From assembly GCF_054482525.1 (NCBI RefSeq), contig NZ_CM137006.1: DNA of 64,000 nt. One strand, given 5' to 3'. Below are positions 28,663-42,475 of the stretch, one piece after another. A model generated the notes under the pieces. It saw only the letters and a list, made by a program, of their open reading frames with translations, ran no database searches and was not told where the DNA came from. Position numbers and translations under genes: made by a program. The first letter of the stretch is position 1. Every line of letters starts with the position of its first letter.

Positions 28663-29643
28663 ATGCTGACACTTGCCCGCCAACAACAGCGACAAAATAT
28701 TCGCTGGCTATTATGCCTGTCAGTTTTGATGCTGCTGGCGCTTCTCTTAAGCCTTTGCGCCGGTGAACAATGGATCTCGCCAGGTGACTGGTTTACTCCT
28801 CGTGGCGAACTGTTCGTCTGGCAAATTCGCCTGCCACGTACGCTGGCTGTATTGCTGGTTGGTGCGGCGCTGGCTATATCCGGCGCAGTAATGCAGGCGT
28901 TGTTTGAAAATCCTCTGGCAGAACCTGGACTACTTGGCGTCTCTAACGGTGCAGGCGTAGGGCTTATCGCCGCGGTATTGCTTGGGCAAGGGCAACTCCC
29001 AAACTGGGCACTAGGGCTGTGTGCGATTGCTGGCGCGCTTATCATCACTTTAATACTCTTACGTTTCGCCCGTCGTCATCTTTCGACCAGTCGGTTATTG
29101 CTGGCTGGCGTTGCATTAGGGATTATCTGTAGCGCACTAATGACGTGGGCTATCTACTTTTCCACCTCTGTTGATTTACGTCAGCTGATGTACTGGATGA
29201 TGGGCGGTTTTGGCGGCGTAGACTGGCGGCAAAGCTGGCTGATGCTGGCATTGATCCCCGTGTTGTTGTGGATCTGTTGTCAGTCCAGACCGATGAATAT
29301 GTTAGCACTTGGCGAGATCTCGGCGCGGCAACTGGGTTTACCCCTGTGGTTCTGGCGCAATGTGCTGGTGGCAGCGACCGGCTGGATGGTTGGCGTCAGT
29401 GTGGCGTTGGCGGGTGCTATCGGCTTTATTGGTCTGGTGATCCCACATATTCTCCGGTTATGTGGTTTGACCGATCATCGCGTATTACTTCCCGGCTGCG
29501 CGCTGGCAGGGGCGAGCGCATTGCTGCTGGCCGATGTTGTAGCGCGCCTGGCATTAGCTGCCGCAGAGCTGCCTATTGGCGTGGTCACCGCAACGTTGGG
29601 TGCGCCGGTGTTTATCTGGTTATTGTTAAAAGCAGGACGTTAG
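28663..29643 (+). CDS. btuC: Vitamin B12 ABC transporter permease
   Basis: 326-aa polytopic membrane ORF (FecCD family). Confidence 0.9.
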   Translation: MLTLARQQQRQNIRWLLCLSVLMLLALLLSLCAGEQWISPGDWFTPRGELFVWQIRLPRTLAVLLVGAALAISGAVMQALFENPLAEPGLLGVSNGAGVGLIAAVLLGQGQLPNWALGLCAIAGALIITLILLRFARRHLSTSRLLLAGVALGIICSALMTWAIYFSTSVDLRQLMYWMMGGFGGVDWRQSWLMLALIPVLLWICCQSRPMNMLALGEISARQLGLPLWFWRNVLVAATGWMVGVSVALAGAIGFIGLVIPHILRLCGLTDHRVLLPGCALAGASALLLADVVARLALAAAELPIGVVTATLGAPVFIWLLLKAGR

Positions 29644-29705
29644 CCGCAAAAAGACGGTCTATGATTAAAAGCTAAGATTTTTACTGACCACACCCAGGAG
29701 AAACG

Positions 29706-30257
29706 ATGCAAGATTCCATTCTGACGACCGTAGTGAAAGATATCGACGGTGAAGTGACCACGCTGGAGAAGTACGCCGGTAATGTGCTGTTGATTGTCAA
29801 TGTCGCCTCAAAGTGTGGCTTAACGCCGCAATATGAGCAGTTGGAGAATATTCAGAAAGCCTGGGCCGATCGTGGTTTTGTGGTGCTGGGATTCCCGTGC
29901 AACCAGTTTCTGGAGCAAGAACCGGGCAGCGATGAAGAGATTAAAACTTACTGCACCACTACATGGGGGGTGACGTTCCCGATGTTCAGTAAGATTGAAG
30001 TTAATGGTGAAGGACGCCATCCGCTGTATCAAAAATTGATTGCCGCAGCGCCGACCGCAGTCGCGCCGGAAGAGAGCGGATTCTATGCCCGTATGGTCAG
30101 CAAAGGTCGTGCACCGCTGTACCCTGATGATATCTTATGGAATTTTGAGAAATTTTTAGTTGGCAGGGACGGATTGGTCATCCAGCGTTTTTCCCCGGAT
30201 ATGACGCCGGAAGATCCCATTGTGATGGAAAGCATTAAACTGGCGTTGGCAAAATAA
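29706..30257 (+). CDS. btuE: Glutathione peroxidase-family protein
   Basis: 183-aa ORF with [17 protein letters not shown] motif; stop overlaps btuD start (ATGA). Confidence 0.9.
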
Positions 30258-31006
30258 TGTCTATTGTGATGCAGTTACAGGATGTTGCGGAGTCTACCCG
30301 CCTGGGGCCGCTTTCTGGCGAGGTTCGGGCTGGGGAGATCCTGCACCTGGTGGGGCCGAACGGCGCGGGTAAGAGTACCTTACTGGCGCGAATGGCCGGA
30401 ATGACCAGCGGTAAGGGAAGCATTCAGTTCGCGGGGCAACCACTGGAAGCATGGTCCGCAACAAAACTCGCGCTGCATCGCGCCTATCTTTCACAACAGC
30501 AGACGCCGCCGTTTGCAATGCCGGTCTGGCACTACCTGACACTGCATCAGCACGATAAAACGCGTACCGAACTACTGAATGATGTCGCAGGGGCGCTGGC
30601 TCTTGATGACAAACTCGGACGTAGCACCAATCAACTTTCCGGCGGTGAATGGCAACGCGTACGTCTTGCTGCGGTGGTGCTGCAAATCACACCACAAGCC
30701 AATCCCGCAGGTCAATTGCTGCTTCTTGATGAGCCGATGAACAGTCTTGATGTTGCGCAACAAAGTGCGTTAGACAAAATTCTGAGCGCGCTGTGTCAGC
30801 AAGGACTGGCGATTGTGATGAGCAGTCACGATCTCAACCATACATTGCGTCATGCGCATCGGGCATGGTTGCTAAAAGGTGGAAAAATGCTGGCCAGTGG
30901 ACGCAGGGAAGAGGTGCTCACGCCGCCAAATCTGGCGCAGGCCTATGGGATGAATTTTCGCCGTCTGGATATCGAAGGTCACAGAATGCTGATTTCGACC
31001 ATCTGA
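30257..31006 (+). CDS. btuD: Vitamin B12 ABC transporter ATP-binding protein
   Basis: 249-aa ORF, Walker [10 protein letters not shown] and ABC signature LSGGEWQR. Confidence 0.9.
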
Positions 31007-31083
31007 TTTCATTAGTATCTTGAAAATCGGGTAATTACGACGCTAAATTAATGCAAGAATAAAAAACAGAGGAACCGTACGGA

Positions 31084-31548
31084 ATGCGTTTCTGCCTTAT
31101 TTTGATCACAGCACTGTTTCTGGCCGGTTGTAGCCACCATAAAGCACCGCCGCCAAATGCCAGACTTTCTGATTCGATTACCGTTATTGCCGGTTTGAAC
31201 GACCAGCTACAGAGCTGGCATGGCACGCCGTATCGTTATGGTGGCATGACGCGGCGCGGTGTGGACTGTTCGGGGTTTGTGGTTGTGACGATGCGCGATC
31301 GTTTCGATTTGCAGCTGCCCCGAGAAACCAAACAACAAGCCTCTATCGGCACGCAAATTGATAAAGACGAGTTGCTGCCAGGTGACCTGGTCTTTTTCAA
31401 AACGGGTTCCGGACAAAATGGTTTGCATGTAGGTATTTACGATACCAACAACCAATTTATCCACGCCTCTACCAGCAAGGGAGTGATGCGTTCCTCACTC
31501 GATAATGTCTATTGGCAGAAAAATTTCTGGCAGGCGAGACGAATCTAG
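31084..31548 (+). CDS. nlpC: NlpC/P60-family lipoprotein
   Basis: 154-aa ORF with lipobox LAGC and catalytic Cys context (DCSGFV). Confidence 0.85.
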   Translation: MRFCLILITALFLAGCSHHKAPPPNARLSDSITVIAGLNDQLQSWHGTPYRYGGMTRRGVDCSGFVVVTMRDRFDLQLPRETKQQASIGTQIDKDELLPGDLVFFKTGSGQNGLHVGIYDTNNQFIHASTSKGVMRSSLDNVYWQKNFWQARRI

Positions 31549-31794
31549 TATGTCGAAAAATGGACGGCGATGATACATCTCCGTCCATTTACTCCTGAAT
31601 ACAGTAGTATTTTACAGACAAAAATTCCGTAAATGGATTATTCGTTTATAATCAGGATAATCTAATAAAAGGACCCCTGAAAAAGTGGTTAACATGGAAC
31701 AAATGAAAGTTACTCCTTCTGTAATTGTTATGTCTTATGGCCTCATCCCTTTTAGCCGGATACTGAAAAACATCCTTCGAGAGGGACGGTTACC

Positions 31795-32508
31795 ATGAAG
31801 ATTTTTTTGGAGAATCTTTATCATTCTGATTGCTATTTCCTGCCGATAAGAGATAACCAGCAAGACCTTGTCGGCGTTGAGTTAATTACCCATTTCTCCA
31901 GTGAAGATGGTACGGTTCGTATCCCGACGAGTCGGGTTATAGCGCAACTTACCGCGGAGCAACATTGGCAATTATTTTCAGAGCAGTTGGAATTACTAAA
32001 ATCATGCCAACACTTTTTTATTCAACATAAACTCTTTGCCTGGCTTAATTTAACGCCACAAGTGGCTACTTTATTATTAGACAGGGATAATTACGCGGGC
32101 GAACTATTAAAATATCCGTTTATTGAACTGTTGATTAATGAGAATTACCCGCATCTCGATGAAGGAAAAGATAATCGCGATCTTTTGTCCTTATCGCAAA
32201 TGTATCCCCTTGTGTTAGGTAATTTGGGCGCAGGCAATAGCACAATGAAAGCGGTTTTTGATGGTCTTTTCACCCGCGTCATGCTGGATAAAAGTTTTAT
32301 TCAGCAACAAATCACGCATCGCTCCTTCGAACCGTTTATTCGTGCGATCCAGGCGCAAATTTCCCCATGTTGCAATTGCATCATCGCGGGGGGCATTGAT
32401 ACGCCAGAAATAATGGCACAGATTACCCCCTTTGATTTCCATGCTCTCCAGGGATGCCTGTGGCCTGCCGTTCCCATAAATCAGATAACGACGTTGGTTC
32501 AGCGATAA
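31795..32508 (+). CDS. ydiV: EAL-like anti-FlhDC factor YdiV
   Basis: 237-aa ORF in conserved position; degenerate EAL domain. Confidence 0.8.
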   Translation: MKIFLENLYHSDCYFLPIRDNQQDLVGVELITHFSSEDGTVRIPTSRVIAQLTAEQHWQLFSEQLELLKSCQHFFIQHKLFAWLNLTPQVATLLLDRDNYAGELLKYPFIELLINENYPHLDEGKDNRDLLSLSQMYPLVLGNLGAGNSTMKAVFDGLFTRVMLDKSFIQQQITHRSFEPFIRAIQAQISPCCNCIIAGGIDTPEIMAQITPFDFHALQGCLWPAVPINQITTLVQR

Positions 32509-32531
32509 CCCTCCTGTTTGCTGGTGTTTAA

Positions 32532-34007
<1,476 letters not shown>

Positions 34008-34010
34008 AGG

Positions 34011-34202
34011 CTACTTGGTCAACAGCAGCTTGCCAGCCTGAGTTTTACGGAGCAGATATTCTTGCCCGTCATGATCGATAATCAGTTTGCCATCCGGACC
34101 TAACAGTGTCTGGCTGGAAATTCGCCGAATAGGCTGCGGGGAAGCGGTCTTGTGATTGGCATCCGTTTCAGGCGTGAGTTTTCTGCTATCCGTATAACGC
34201 AT
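34011..34202 (-). CDS. ydiE: HemP-like small protein YdiE (63 aa)
   Basis: Start moved to ATG giving [18 protein letters not shown]... Confidence 0.7.
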
Positions 34203-34333
34203 AAAAATTAATAATAATTGATATAACAATGATTCTTATTATCAATATTCTGGCGGGCCAGAGCAAGCAGTAATTTGTTGAGAAGACAACAAGTTGCGCA
34301 GAAATGCCCATTCCGTCAGGAATGGGCACGCAT

Positions 34334-35380
34334 TCAGAAGCGGGTATCAACCGCAGAGGCGAGTTTTTCGACCAGGCGTTCGGTATCTTCCCAGCCCAGA
34401 CACGGGTCGGTAATCGATTGACCGTAAGTGAGCGGCTGACCGCCGACGATTTTTTGCGTTCCTTCGCGCAGGAAACTTTCCGCCATAATTCCAGCAATCG
34501 CCGTAGAGCCATTGCGGATTTGCTGACAAATATCCTCACAAACTTCTAACTGGCGACGGTGCTGCTTCTGGCAGTTACCGTGGCTGAAATCCACCACCAG
34601 ATGTTCAGGTAAATCAAACTCGTGCAGCGTATCGCAGGCTGCGGCGATATCATCGGCATGGTAATTCGGTTTTTTGCCGCCACGCATAATAATATGGCCA
34701 TACGGGTTGCCGCTGGTCTGATAGATGGTCATCTGACCATTTTTGTCTGGCGAGAGGAACATATGGCTGGCGCGGGCTGCGCGGATAGCATCCACAGCAA
34801 TCCGCGTGTTGCCATCGGTACCATTTTTAAAACCTACCGGACAGGAGAGTGCCGAAGCCATTTCACGGTGGATCTGACTTTCGGTAGTACGTGCGCCAAT
34901 CGCGCCCCAACTGATTAAATCAGCAATAAACTGACCGGTCACCATATCGAGGAACTCAGTCGCGGTGGGGACGCCCAGCTCATTTACCTGTAAAAGTAAT
35001 TTGCGCGCCAGCTCCAGACCGTGATTTACCCGATAGCTGCCGTTTAAATCCGGATCGGAGATTAGCCCTTTCCAGCCGACAACAGTTCGTGGTTTTTCAA
35101 AATAGGTGCGCATTACGATTTCCAGCCGTGACTGGTACTGGTTGCGCAGCGACTGCAGACGGGTGGCGTACTCCATTGCAGCGGTGAGATCGTGGATCGA
35201 GCAGGGGCCAATAATGACCAACAGTCGCTTATCTTCACCATTCAGTATTTTTTCAATTCTGCGGCGGGAGTCGGTGACATGGGTGGCGACGCCAGGCGTT
35301 ACGGGATACCGTAGCGCGAGTTCGGCGGGCGTTACCAGGCTCTCAATACGCGCAGTACGGAGTTCGTCAGTTCTGTTCAT
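34334..35380 (-). CDS. aroH: DAHP synthase, Trp-sensitive
   Basis: 348-aa ORF MNRTDELRTARIESLVTPAEL; class I DAHP synthase. Confidence 0.95.
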   Translation of the reverse strand: MNRTDELRTARIESLVTPAELALRYPVTPGVATHVTDSRRRIEKILNGEDKRLLVIIGPCSIHDLTAAMEYATRLQSLRNQYQSRLEIVMRTYFEKPRTVVGWKGLISDPDLNGSYRVNHGLELARKLLLQVNELGVPTATEFLDMVTGQFIADLISWGAIGARTTESQIHREMASALSCPVGFKNGTDGNTRIAVDAIRAARASHMFLSPDKNGQMTIYQTSGNPYGHIIMRGGKKPNYHADDIAAACDTLHEFDLPEHLVVDFSHGNCQKQHRRQLEVCEDICQQIRNGSTAIAGIMAESFLREGTQKIVGGQPLTYGQSITDPCLGWEDTERLVEKLASAVDTRF

Positions 35381-35525
35381 TACAAGTCTCAGAAATTTGT
35401 TGCTTCTACGGCAGGACTACCGGGAAGTGATGCGCATCACGATAAACCAATCGCAGCTGATTTCAAGTGCGAGGTGTGTCACACCTCGCCGGGTGGTTAG
35501 CATGATAACAAAAAAACAAGTTAAT

Positions 35526-35543
35526 GCACTAGTTCTCTAGTAC
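35526..35543. promoter_or_regulatory. TrpR operator (aroH)
   Basis: Minus-strand reads GTACTAGAGAACTAGTGC, a near-perfect palindrome of the CTAG-centred trp operator type, upstream of aroH and overlapping the ppsR 3' end. Confidence 0.6.
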
Positions 35544-36370
35544 ATTCGACGGCTAAGGCCCATGATATCGAGGATCTTGGTGGCAATCTCTTCTACCGAA
35601 TAATTGGTACTGTTAATCCACGGGATCTGATTTTTACGGTACAAGGCTTCTACTTCCGCGACTTCCATCCTGCACTGACGAAGCGAGGCATAGCGACTGT
35701 TCTCCCGACGTTCTTCGCGAATCGCCGCCAGACGTTCCGGGTCGATAGTCAGGCCGAACAATTTATGCTGAAGCGGTTTGAGCGACGCGGGTAGCACCAG
35801 ATTATCCATATCGTCGGCAATAAAGGGGTAGTTTGCCGCGCGGATACCAAATTGCATTGCCAGATACAGACTGGTGGGGGTTTTACCACAGCGAGAAACG
35901 CCGAGCAGGATCACCTGAGCCTGGTCCAGATTGCGTAACGAAATGCCATCATCGTGGGCGAGGGTGTAATCAATCGCAGCAATGCGCGCATCATATTTAT
36001 TGAGATTATTAGGGTTAAGGCCATGGGTACGATGAGCAATCGGCGTGGGATCCAGTTTCATCTCTTGTTGTAGCGGGGCAACCAGCGCCTGAACGATATC
36101 CTGGCAAAAGCCTTCACTTTGCAAGATGATGGCGCGAATCTCCGGCAACACGATGGAGTAGAAGACCAGCGGGCGCACACCTGTCTGGTGATAAATTGCG
36201 TCAATCTGATCCTTCACTGCCCGTGCACGGCTCTCATTTTCGACAAACGGCAGCGTAATGCTGCTGATAGTGACGGGAAATTGTGACATTACTGCGTGTC
36301 CTAATACCTCCGCAGTTATTGCCGTACCATCAGAAATATAAAAAACGTGGCGATCAACAGCATTATCCAT
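35537..36370 (-). CDS. ppsR: PEP synthase regulatory protein (bifunctional kinase/pyrophosphorylase)
   Basis: 277-aa ORF, DUF299; divergent from ppsA. Confidence 0.9.
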
Positions 36371-36702
36371 TTTGTTCTTCCCGTGATGCAGACATAATTC
36401 TATGAAAGCATAAATTAAAAACGCACAGAAGCGTAGAATGTTATGTCTGGTTTATAAAATGAACCTTCAATTTTATTATTTATGAAAACAGCATTTCATT
36501 TTTATGGTTTCGTTTATACCGATGGTTTATGTGGAAATTGTCGAATAGAGCAGGTTTGCGCAACGCTGGGATCAGTCTTAAAAAGTAAAAAAATATATTT
36601 GCTTGAACGATTCACCGTTTTTTTCATCCGGTTAAATATGCAAAGATAAATGCGCAGAAATGTGTTTCTCAAACCGTTCATTTATCACAAAAGGATTGTT
36701 CG

Positions 36703-39081
36703 ATGTCCAACAATGGCTCGTCACCGCTGGTGCTTTGGTATAACCAACTCGGCATGAATGATGTAGACAGGGTTGGGGGCAAAAATGCCTCCCTGGGTGA
36801 AATGATTACTAACCTTTCCGGAATGGGTGTTTCCGTTCCGAATGGTTTTGCCACAACCGCCGACGCGTTTAACCAGTTTCTGGACCAAAGCGGCGTAAAC
36901 CAGCGCATTTATGAACTGCTGGATAAAACGGATATTGACGATGTTACTCAGCTTGCGAAAGCGGGCGCGCAAATCCGCCAGTGGATTATCGACACTCCCT
37001 TCCAGCCTGAGCTGGAAAACGCCATCCGCGAAGCCTATGCACAGCTTTCCGCCGATGACGAAAACGCCTCGTTTGCGGTGCGTTCCTCCGCTACCGCAGA
37101 AGATATGCCGGACGCTTCTTTTGCCGGTCAGCAGGAAACTTTCCTCAACGTTCAGGGTTTTGACGCCGTTCTCGTGGCAGTGAAACATGTATTTGCTTCT
37201 CTGTTTAACGATCGCGCCATCTCTTATCGTGTGCACCAGGGTTACGATCACCGTGGCGTGGCGCTCTCCGCCGGTGTTCAGCGGATGGTGCGCTCCGACC
37301 TCGCATCTTCTGGCGTGATGTTCTCCATTGATACCGAATCCGGCTTTGACCAGGTGGTGTTTATCACTTCCGCATGGGGCCTTGGTGAAATGGTCGTGCA
37401 GGGTGCGGTTAACCCGGATGAGTTTTACGTGCACAAACCGACACTGGCGGCGAATCGCCCGGCTATCGTGCGCCGCACCATGGGGTCGAAAAAAATCCGC
37501 ATGGTTTACGCGCCGACCCAGGAGCACGGCAAGCAGGTTAAAATCGAAGACGTACCGCAGGAACAGCGTGACATCTTCTCGCTGACCAACGAAGAAGTGC
37601 AGGAACTGGCAAAACAGGCCGTACAAATTGAGAAACACTACGGTCGCCCAATGGATATTGAGTGGGCGAAAGATGGCCACACCGGCAAACTGTTCATTGT
37701 GCAGGCGCGTCCGGAAACCGTGCGCTCACGCGGTCAGGTCATGGAGCGTTATACGCTGCATTCACAGGGTAAGATTATCGCCGAAGGCCGTGCTATCGGT
37801 CATCGCATCGGCGCGGGTCCGGTGAAAGTCATCCATGACATCAGCGAAATGAACCGCATCGAACCTGGCGACGTGCTGGTTACTGACATGACCGACCCGG
37901 ACTGGGAACCGATCATGAAGAAGGCATCTGCCATCGTCACCAATCGTGGCGGTCGTACCTGTCACGCGGCGATCATCGCTCGTGAACTCGGCATTCCGGC
38001 GGTAGTGGGCTGTGGTGATGCAACAGAACGGATGAAAGACGGTGAGAACGTCACTGTTTCTTGTGCCGAAGGTGATACCGGTTATGTCTATGCGGAGTTG
38101 CTGGAATTTAGCGTGAAAAGCTCCAGCGTAGAAACGATGCCTGATCTGCCGTTGAAGGTGATGATGAACGTCGGTAACCCGGACCGTGCTTTCGACTTCG
38201 CCTGCCTGCCGAACGAAGGCGTCGGCCTTGCGCGTCTGGAATTTATCATCAACCGTATGATTGGCGTCCACCCACGCGCACTGCTTGAGTTTGACGATCA
38301 GGAACCGCAGTTGCAAAACGAAATCCGCGAGATGATGAAAGGTTTTGATTCTCCGCGTGAATTTTACGTTGGGCGTCTGACTGAAGGGATCGCGACGCTG
38401 GGTGCCGCGTTTTATCCGAAGCGCGTCATTGTCCGTCTCTCTGATTTTAAATCGAACGAATATGCCAACCTGGTCGGTGGTGAGCGTTACGAGCCAGATG
38501 AAGAGAACCCGATGCTCGGCTTCCGTGGCGCGGGCCGCTATGTTTCCGACAGCTTCCGCGACTGCTTCGCGCTGGAGTGTGAAGCAGTGAAACGTGTGCG
38601 CAACGACATGGGGCTGACCAACGTTGAGATCATGATCCCGTTCGTGCGTACCGTAGATCAGGCGAAAGCGGTGGTTGACGAACTGGCGCGTCAGGGGCTG
38701 AAACGTGGTGAGAACGGGCTGAAAATCATCATGATGTGTGAAATTCCGTCCAACGCCTTGCTGGCAGAGCAGTTCCTCGAATATTTCGACGGCTTCTCAA
38801 TTGGCTCAAACGACATGACACAGCTGGCGCTCGGTCTGGATCGTGACTCCGGCGTGGTGTCTGAACTGTTCGATGAGCGCAACGATGCGGTGAAAGCACT
38901 GCTGTCGATGGCGATTCGTGCCGCGAAGAAACAGGGCAAATATGTCGGGATTTGCGGTCAGGGTCCGTCCGACCACGAAGACTTTGCCGCATGGTTGATG
39001 GAAGAGGGGATCGATAGCCTGTCTCTGAACCCGGATACCGTGGTGCAAACCTGGTTAAGCCTGGCTGAACTGAAGAAATAA
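36703..39081 (+). CDS. ppsA: Phosphoenolpyruvate synthase
   Basis: 792-aa ORF; PEP-utilising enzyme motifs ([21 protein letters not shown]). Confidence 0.97.
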   Translation: MSNNGSSPLVLWYNQLGMNDVDRVGGKNASLGEMITNLSGMGVSVPNGFATTADAFNQFLDQSGVNQRIYELLDKTDIDDVTQLAKAGAQIRQWIIDTPFQPELENAIREAYAQLSADDENASFAVRSSATAEDMPDASFAGQQETFLNVQGFDAVLVAVKHVFASLFNDRAISYRVHQGYDHRGVALSAGVQRMVRSDLASSGVMFSIDTESGFDQVVFITSAWGLGEMVVQGAVNPDEFYVHKPTLAANRPAIVRRTMGSKKIRMVYAPTQEHGKQVKIEDVPQEQRDIFSLTNEEVQELAKQAVQIEKHYGRPMDIEWAKDGHTGKLFIVQARPETVRSRGQVMERYTLHSQGKIIAEGRAIGHRIGAGPVKVIHDISEMNRIEPGDVLVTDMTDPDWEPIMKKASAIVTNRGGRTCHAAIIARELGIPAVVGCGDATERMKDGENVTVSCAEGDTGYVYAELLEFSVKSSSVETMPDLPLKVMMNVGNPDRAFDFACLPNEGVGLARLEFIINRMIGVHPRALLEFDDQEPQLQNEIREMMKGFDSPREFYVGRLTEGIATLGAAFYPKRVIVRLSDFKSNEYANLVGGERYEPDEENPMLGFRGAGRYVSDSFRDCFALECEAVKRVRNDMGLTNVEIMIPFVRTVDQAKAVVDELARQGLKRGENGLKIIMMCEIPSNALLAEQFLEYFDGFSIGSNDMTQLALGLDRDSGVVSELFDERNDAVKALLSMAIRAAKKQGKYVGICGQGPSDHEDFAAWLMEEGIDSLSLNPDTVVQTWLSLAELKK

Positions 39082-39087
39082 AATAAA

Positions 39088-39116
39088 TCCCCGGCGGCGT
39101 TTTGTCGCCGGGTTTA
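39088..39116. terminator. Bidirectional terminator between convergent ppsA and fadK
   Basis: Hairpin cccggcggcg-ttttgt-cgccggg with T-rich flanks. Confidence 0.7.
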
Positions 39117-39137
39117 TGTGATCCCCGAAGATGAAAC

Positions 39138-40784
39138 TTATTCAATCTCTTCACAGACATCCTGAGTTAATCGCCGCATAATATCTTTCCTTAACAAAAA
39201 CTTTTGTATTTTACCTGAGGCAGTGCGCGGTAGTTTTTCGATTACCACGATATGTTCAGGATATTTATATTTCGCGACCCGTTTACGGCTAAAAAAAGCC
39301 ACCACCTCTTCCAGCGATAATGAATGATGCGGTGCTTTCAGCACGACATAAGCGCATGAGCGTTCACCTAAACGTTCATCGGGCATCGCAACCACACAGG
39401 CATCGTGAATTTTAGGATGCTGCAATAAAATATCTTCTACTTCACGGCTGCTAATATTTTCGCCGCCGCGGACAATAATATCTTTCTTGCGCCCGGTTAT
39501 TTTTATATAGCCAGCCTCATCCATGCGGCAGAGATCGCCGCTGTAATACCAGCCTTCTTCATCCAGCGCACGGGCGGTTAATTCAGGTTCATCAAAATAC
39601 CCCATAAACACATTGGGGCCACGCGAGGCTTCTTCACCTTCGTAACCTGGCGGTAAGGTCTTGCGTGCGTCATCGACCACTTTAATCTCAACTCCTGCGG
39701 CAGCGTAACCATCGGTGTGCATAAAGCGCGATAAAGGATCGTCGAGATTCACCACTGCGTGCGGCGAACTTTCTGTGGAACCATAAACACTTAATAATTT
39801 AATGCCGTGCTGCTGGCATTCACGCGCCACTTTTTTGGGGATTGTGGTCCCGCCGCAAAGAAAGAAGCGCAGCGCTGAAAGGTCTGCGGGTTGTTTCTCC
39901 AGTAAATTCAAAAGATCATAGACAAACGGCGTTGCGCCGAGCATACAGGTGCAACGCTGCTGCTCAAGCAGCGCGAGACACGCATCAGGAGTGAAAATAT
40001 CTAACAACACGCTGCGAGCGCCAATTAAGAATGGTGCCGTTACGCCATGCAGAAAGCCCGTTGCATGACCAAGTGGCGCAGGCATCATAAAGACATCCTG
40101 CCAGGTCAGATTCAACCGCGCGCAATAAGCCCGCTCACTGGCGAGAATATTGTTATGCGTTAGCATCACGCCCTTTGGCAGACCCTCGGTTCCGGAGGTA
40201 AACAGCACCGCGGCTAATTCATCGCCGTGGACCGTTATCGCCGTGGTCAGAGGAGTATTGTCGGCGATAATCTGACTTAATGAGAGGGAAGAGGTGGCGG
40301 GAGCCAGTTTGTCCACGCCGACAATTTGTTGTAGTTGTGGAAGCTGATTTTGCAGCGGCAGGATTAAATCTACCGGACGCGTTTGTTTAAACAACGTCGG
40401 AGCAAAGAACATTTTTGCCTGACACTTATTGAGCACCCATACCAGTTCTGCTTCCCGCCAGGAAGGCAACAGCGGTACGGAAACCGCACCGATTTTCAGG
40501 CAGGCAAGATAGATAACGGTAAATTCACACCAGCCAGGCAGTTGAAATGCGATGCGATCGCCTGATTCAATACCCTTCGCTAACATCCAGTTTGCCAGAC
40601 AGCTCGCGGCGTGATCGAGCGCGCTATAGGTGTATGATGCACCATGATTATCGACCACGGCAATTTTGTCTGGCATCGCACGAGCGGTCTGCTGCCAGTA
40701 ATCGGCCAGCGAAGCATCGCCCCATAGCCCTTGCTGACGATACGCCGCACGACGTTGTTCGTTAAACGTTAATGTCACTTTCAT
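39138..40784 (-). CDS. fadK: Short-chain acyl-CoA synthetase (start set at ATG giving MKVTLTF; 548 aa)
   Basis: AMP-binding enzyme motifs (TSGTEGLPKG); first gene partner of ydiQRST cluster. Confidence 0.85.
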   Translation of the reverse strand: MKVTLTFNEQRRAAYRQQGLWGDASLADYWQQTARAMPDKIAVVDNHGASYTYSALDHAASCLANWMLAKGIESGDRIAFQLPGWCEFTVIYLACLKIGAVSVPLLPSWREAELVWVLNKCQAKMFFAPTLFKQTRPVDLILPLQNQLPQLQQIVGVDKLAPATSSLSLSQIIADNTPLTTAITVHGDELAAVLFTSGTEGLPKGVMLTHNNILASERAYCARLNLTWQDVFMMPAPLGHATGFLHGVTAPFLIGARSVLLDIFTPDACLALLEQQRCTCMLGATPFVYDLLNLLEKQPADLSALRFFLCGGTTIPKKVARECQQHGIKLLSVYGSTESSPHAVVNLDDPLSRFMHTDGYAAAGVEIKVVDDARKTLPPGYEGEEASRGPNVFMGYFDEPELTARALDEEGWYYSGDLCRMDEAGYIKITGRKKDIIVRGGENISSREVEDILLQHPKIHDACVVAMPDERLGERSCAYVVLKAPHHSLSLEEVVAFFSRKRVAKYKYPEHIVVIEKLPRTASGKIQKFLLRKDIMRRLTQDVCEEIE

Positions 40785-40840
40785 TTTGGACTCTCGAGAC
40801 AGAACATCAGGCCCGAGATGCGGGCCTGTGGGATGCATGA

Positions 40841-41134
40841 TTAGCCGTAGCGAAAATCAATACCGAAGGTGCCTGCGGGATATTGCCACTGTTCGAGAAT
40901 AGTGTTGCCGCACAGCACCCGACAGGTGCCGCACTCCAGACAACCGGCAGAATCAAAATGAATGTTGCCGGCGTCATCCTGCTTATAAAGTCCGGCAGGG
41001 CAGGCTTTCATTAATTTACGGAATTCATTGATATCGGGATTTGCCGCCAAAATGATATGCGGGTGGCCCTCATCAACATGGAATTTATTGACGCCTAATT
41101 TGATGTCGACGTTAACCGTAGCGTTCTGGCTCAT
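40841..41134 (-). CDS. ydiT: Ferredoxin-like protein (FixX family)
   Basis: 97-aa ORF with Cys cluster (CPAGLY...CLECGTCRVLC). Confidence 0.85.
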   Translation of the reverse strand: MSQNATVNVDIKLGVNKFHVDEGHPHIILAANPDINEFRKLMKACPAGLYKQDDAGNIHFDSAGCLECGTCRVLCGNTILEQWQYPAGTFGIDFRYG

Positions 41135-42420
41135 AGCGCGGTTGCTCCCTTAATGCCATCTTTCAGCAAGTTGATCAGCCCAATTTTCTTCGCGTGTCCC
41201 ATGATCATTTTGCGTACCGGCTGGTTTGGTTTGCCGTCAATGGTGAACATATCGTTCATGATGTCGGCGACCATGCGCGGATACTGACTAAACAGGCGCG
41301 GGTTTTCCATCAGCGCCGGGACCTTGCGAAAATGCTGCATATCGCGCATAACACAACTTTGTTCCAGCTCACGTTTGTATTGCGCCAGACTGCTGGCGGA
41401 GAAATCCGCGCGTTCTTTGGCGGCAATCACTGTTGTGGCGGCAGCCTGAGCTGATGCAATGGCTAAATCCATGCCGCGAACTGTAAAACCCAAATTCAGG
41501 CAGAAGCCTGCGGCGTCACCAACGATCATCACGCCATCGTTAACCAGCTGCGGCACCATCGCCAGACCGCCTTCCGGTACCATATGCGCGGAGTATTCAA
41601 GCAGTTTGCCGCCGCTAATCAGCGGGCGAATGGCGGGGTGTTGTTTAAAATCTTCCAGCATTTGCGGCACACTTTTTTGCGCATGGGCGATATCACCCAA
41701 TCCACAAACCAGCCCCAACGATACGGAATCATTGTTGGTATAGAGAAATCCGCCGCCCATCAGGCCGTCAGAAGGGGAACCGGCAAACAGCCAGGCGGCA
41801 CCTTCCTCGCCCGTAATATTAAAGCGATCGTTGATCTGTTCTGGTGTGAGGCCAATAACCTCTTTAACACCAACAGCGTAATGATGCGGATCGGAAGCGG
41901 GAACCATTCCCAGCGAGCGGCCAAGCATCGAGTTAACGCCATCAGCCAGAATCACCACATTCGCTTCAAGAACATCATCCCCGGCCTGAACGCCAGTGAC
42001 CTTGTTTCCTTCACGAACCAGCGCATCGACACGAACGCCCGGGATAAACTGCGCGCCAGCCTGTTCGGCTTGTTCCATCAACCACGGGTCCAGACGATTA
42101 CGCAATACGGTATAAGAAGCGTGTTGCGGAACATCTGGTTGCTCGCGGTGAAAATCGAGGGTAACGGCGCTTTCTTCGGTTAAGAAGGAGATTTTCTCGC
42201 GTGTGACCTTGCGTTCTACCGGCGCTGATACTGCAAAGCCTGGAATGATTGCTTCAAGTGTGTGGGCATAAAGACGCCCGCCGGTCATGTTTTTACATCC
42301 GGCACTGTCGCCGCGTTCTATCACCAGGACATCCAGCCCGGCTCGCGCCATGACCAGTGCGGCAACGCTACCGGCAACGCCCGCACCGACCACAATGGCA
42401 TCAAATTTGTCATCCGACAT
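41131..42420 (-). CDS. ydiS: Electron-transfer flavoprotein:quinone oxidoreductase (FixC family)
   Basis: 429-aa ORF, N-terminal FAD motif FDAIVVGAGVAGS. Confidence 0.9.
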   Translation of the reverse strand: MSDDKFDAIVVGAGVAGSVAALVMARAGLDVLVIERGDSAGCKNMTGGRLYAHTLEAIIPGFAVSAPVERKVTREKISFLTEESAVTLDFHREQPDVPQHASYTVLRNRLDPWLMEQAEQAGAQFIPGVRVDALVREGNKVTGVQAGDDVLEANVVILADGVNSMLGRSLGMVPASDPHHYAVGVKEVIGLTPEQINDRFNITGEEGAAWLFAGSPSDGLMGGGFLYTNNDSVSLGLVCGLGDIAHAQKSVPQMLEDFKQHPAIRPLISGGKLLEYSAHMVPEGGLAMVPQLVNDGVMIVGDAAGFCLNLGFTVRGMDLAIASAQAAATTVIAAKERADFSASSLAQYKRELEQSCVMRDMQHFRKVPALMENPRLFSQYPRMVADIMNDMFTIDGKPNQPVRKMIMGHAKKIGLINLLKDGIKGATAL

Positions 42421-42475
42421 GCGTTATGCTCCCTTCCCGCTGCGTTTACAGCGGGAGATGTGGTTGAAAGGGGAA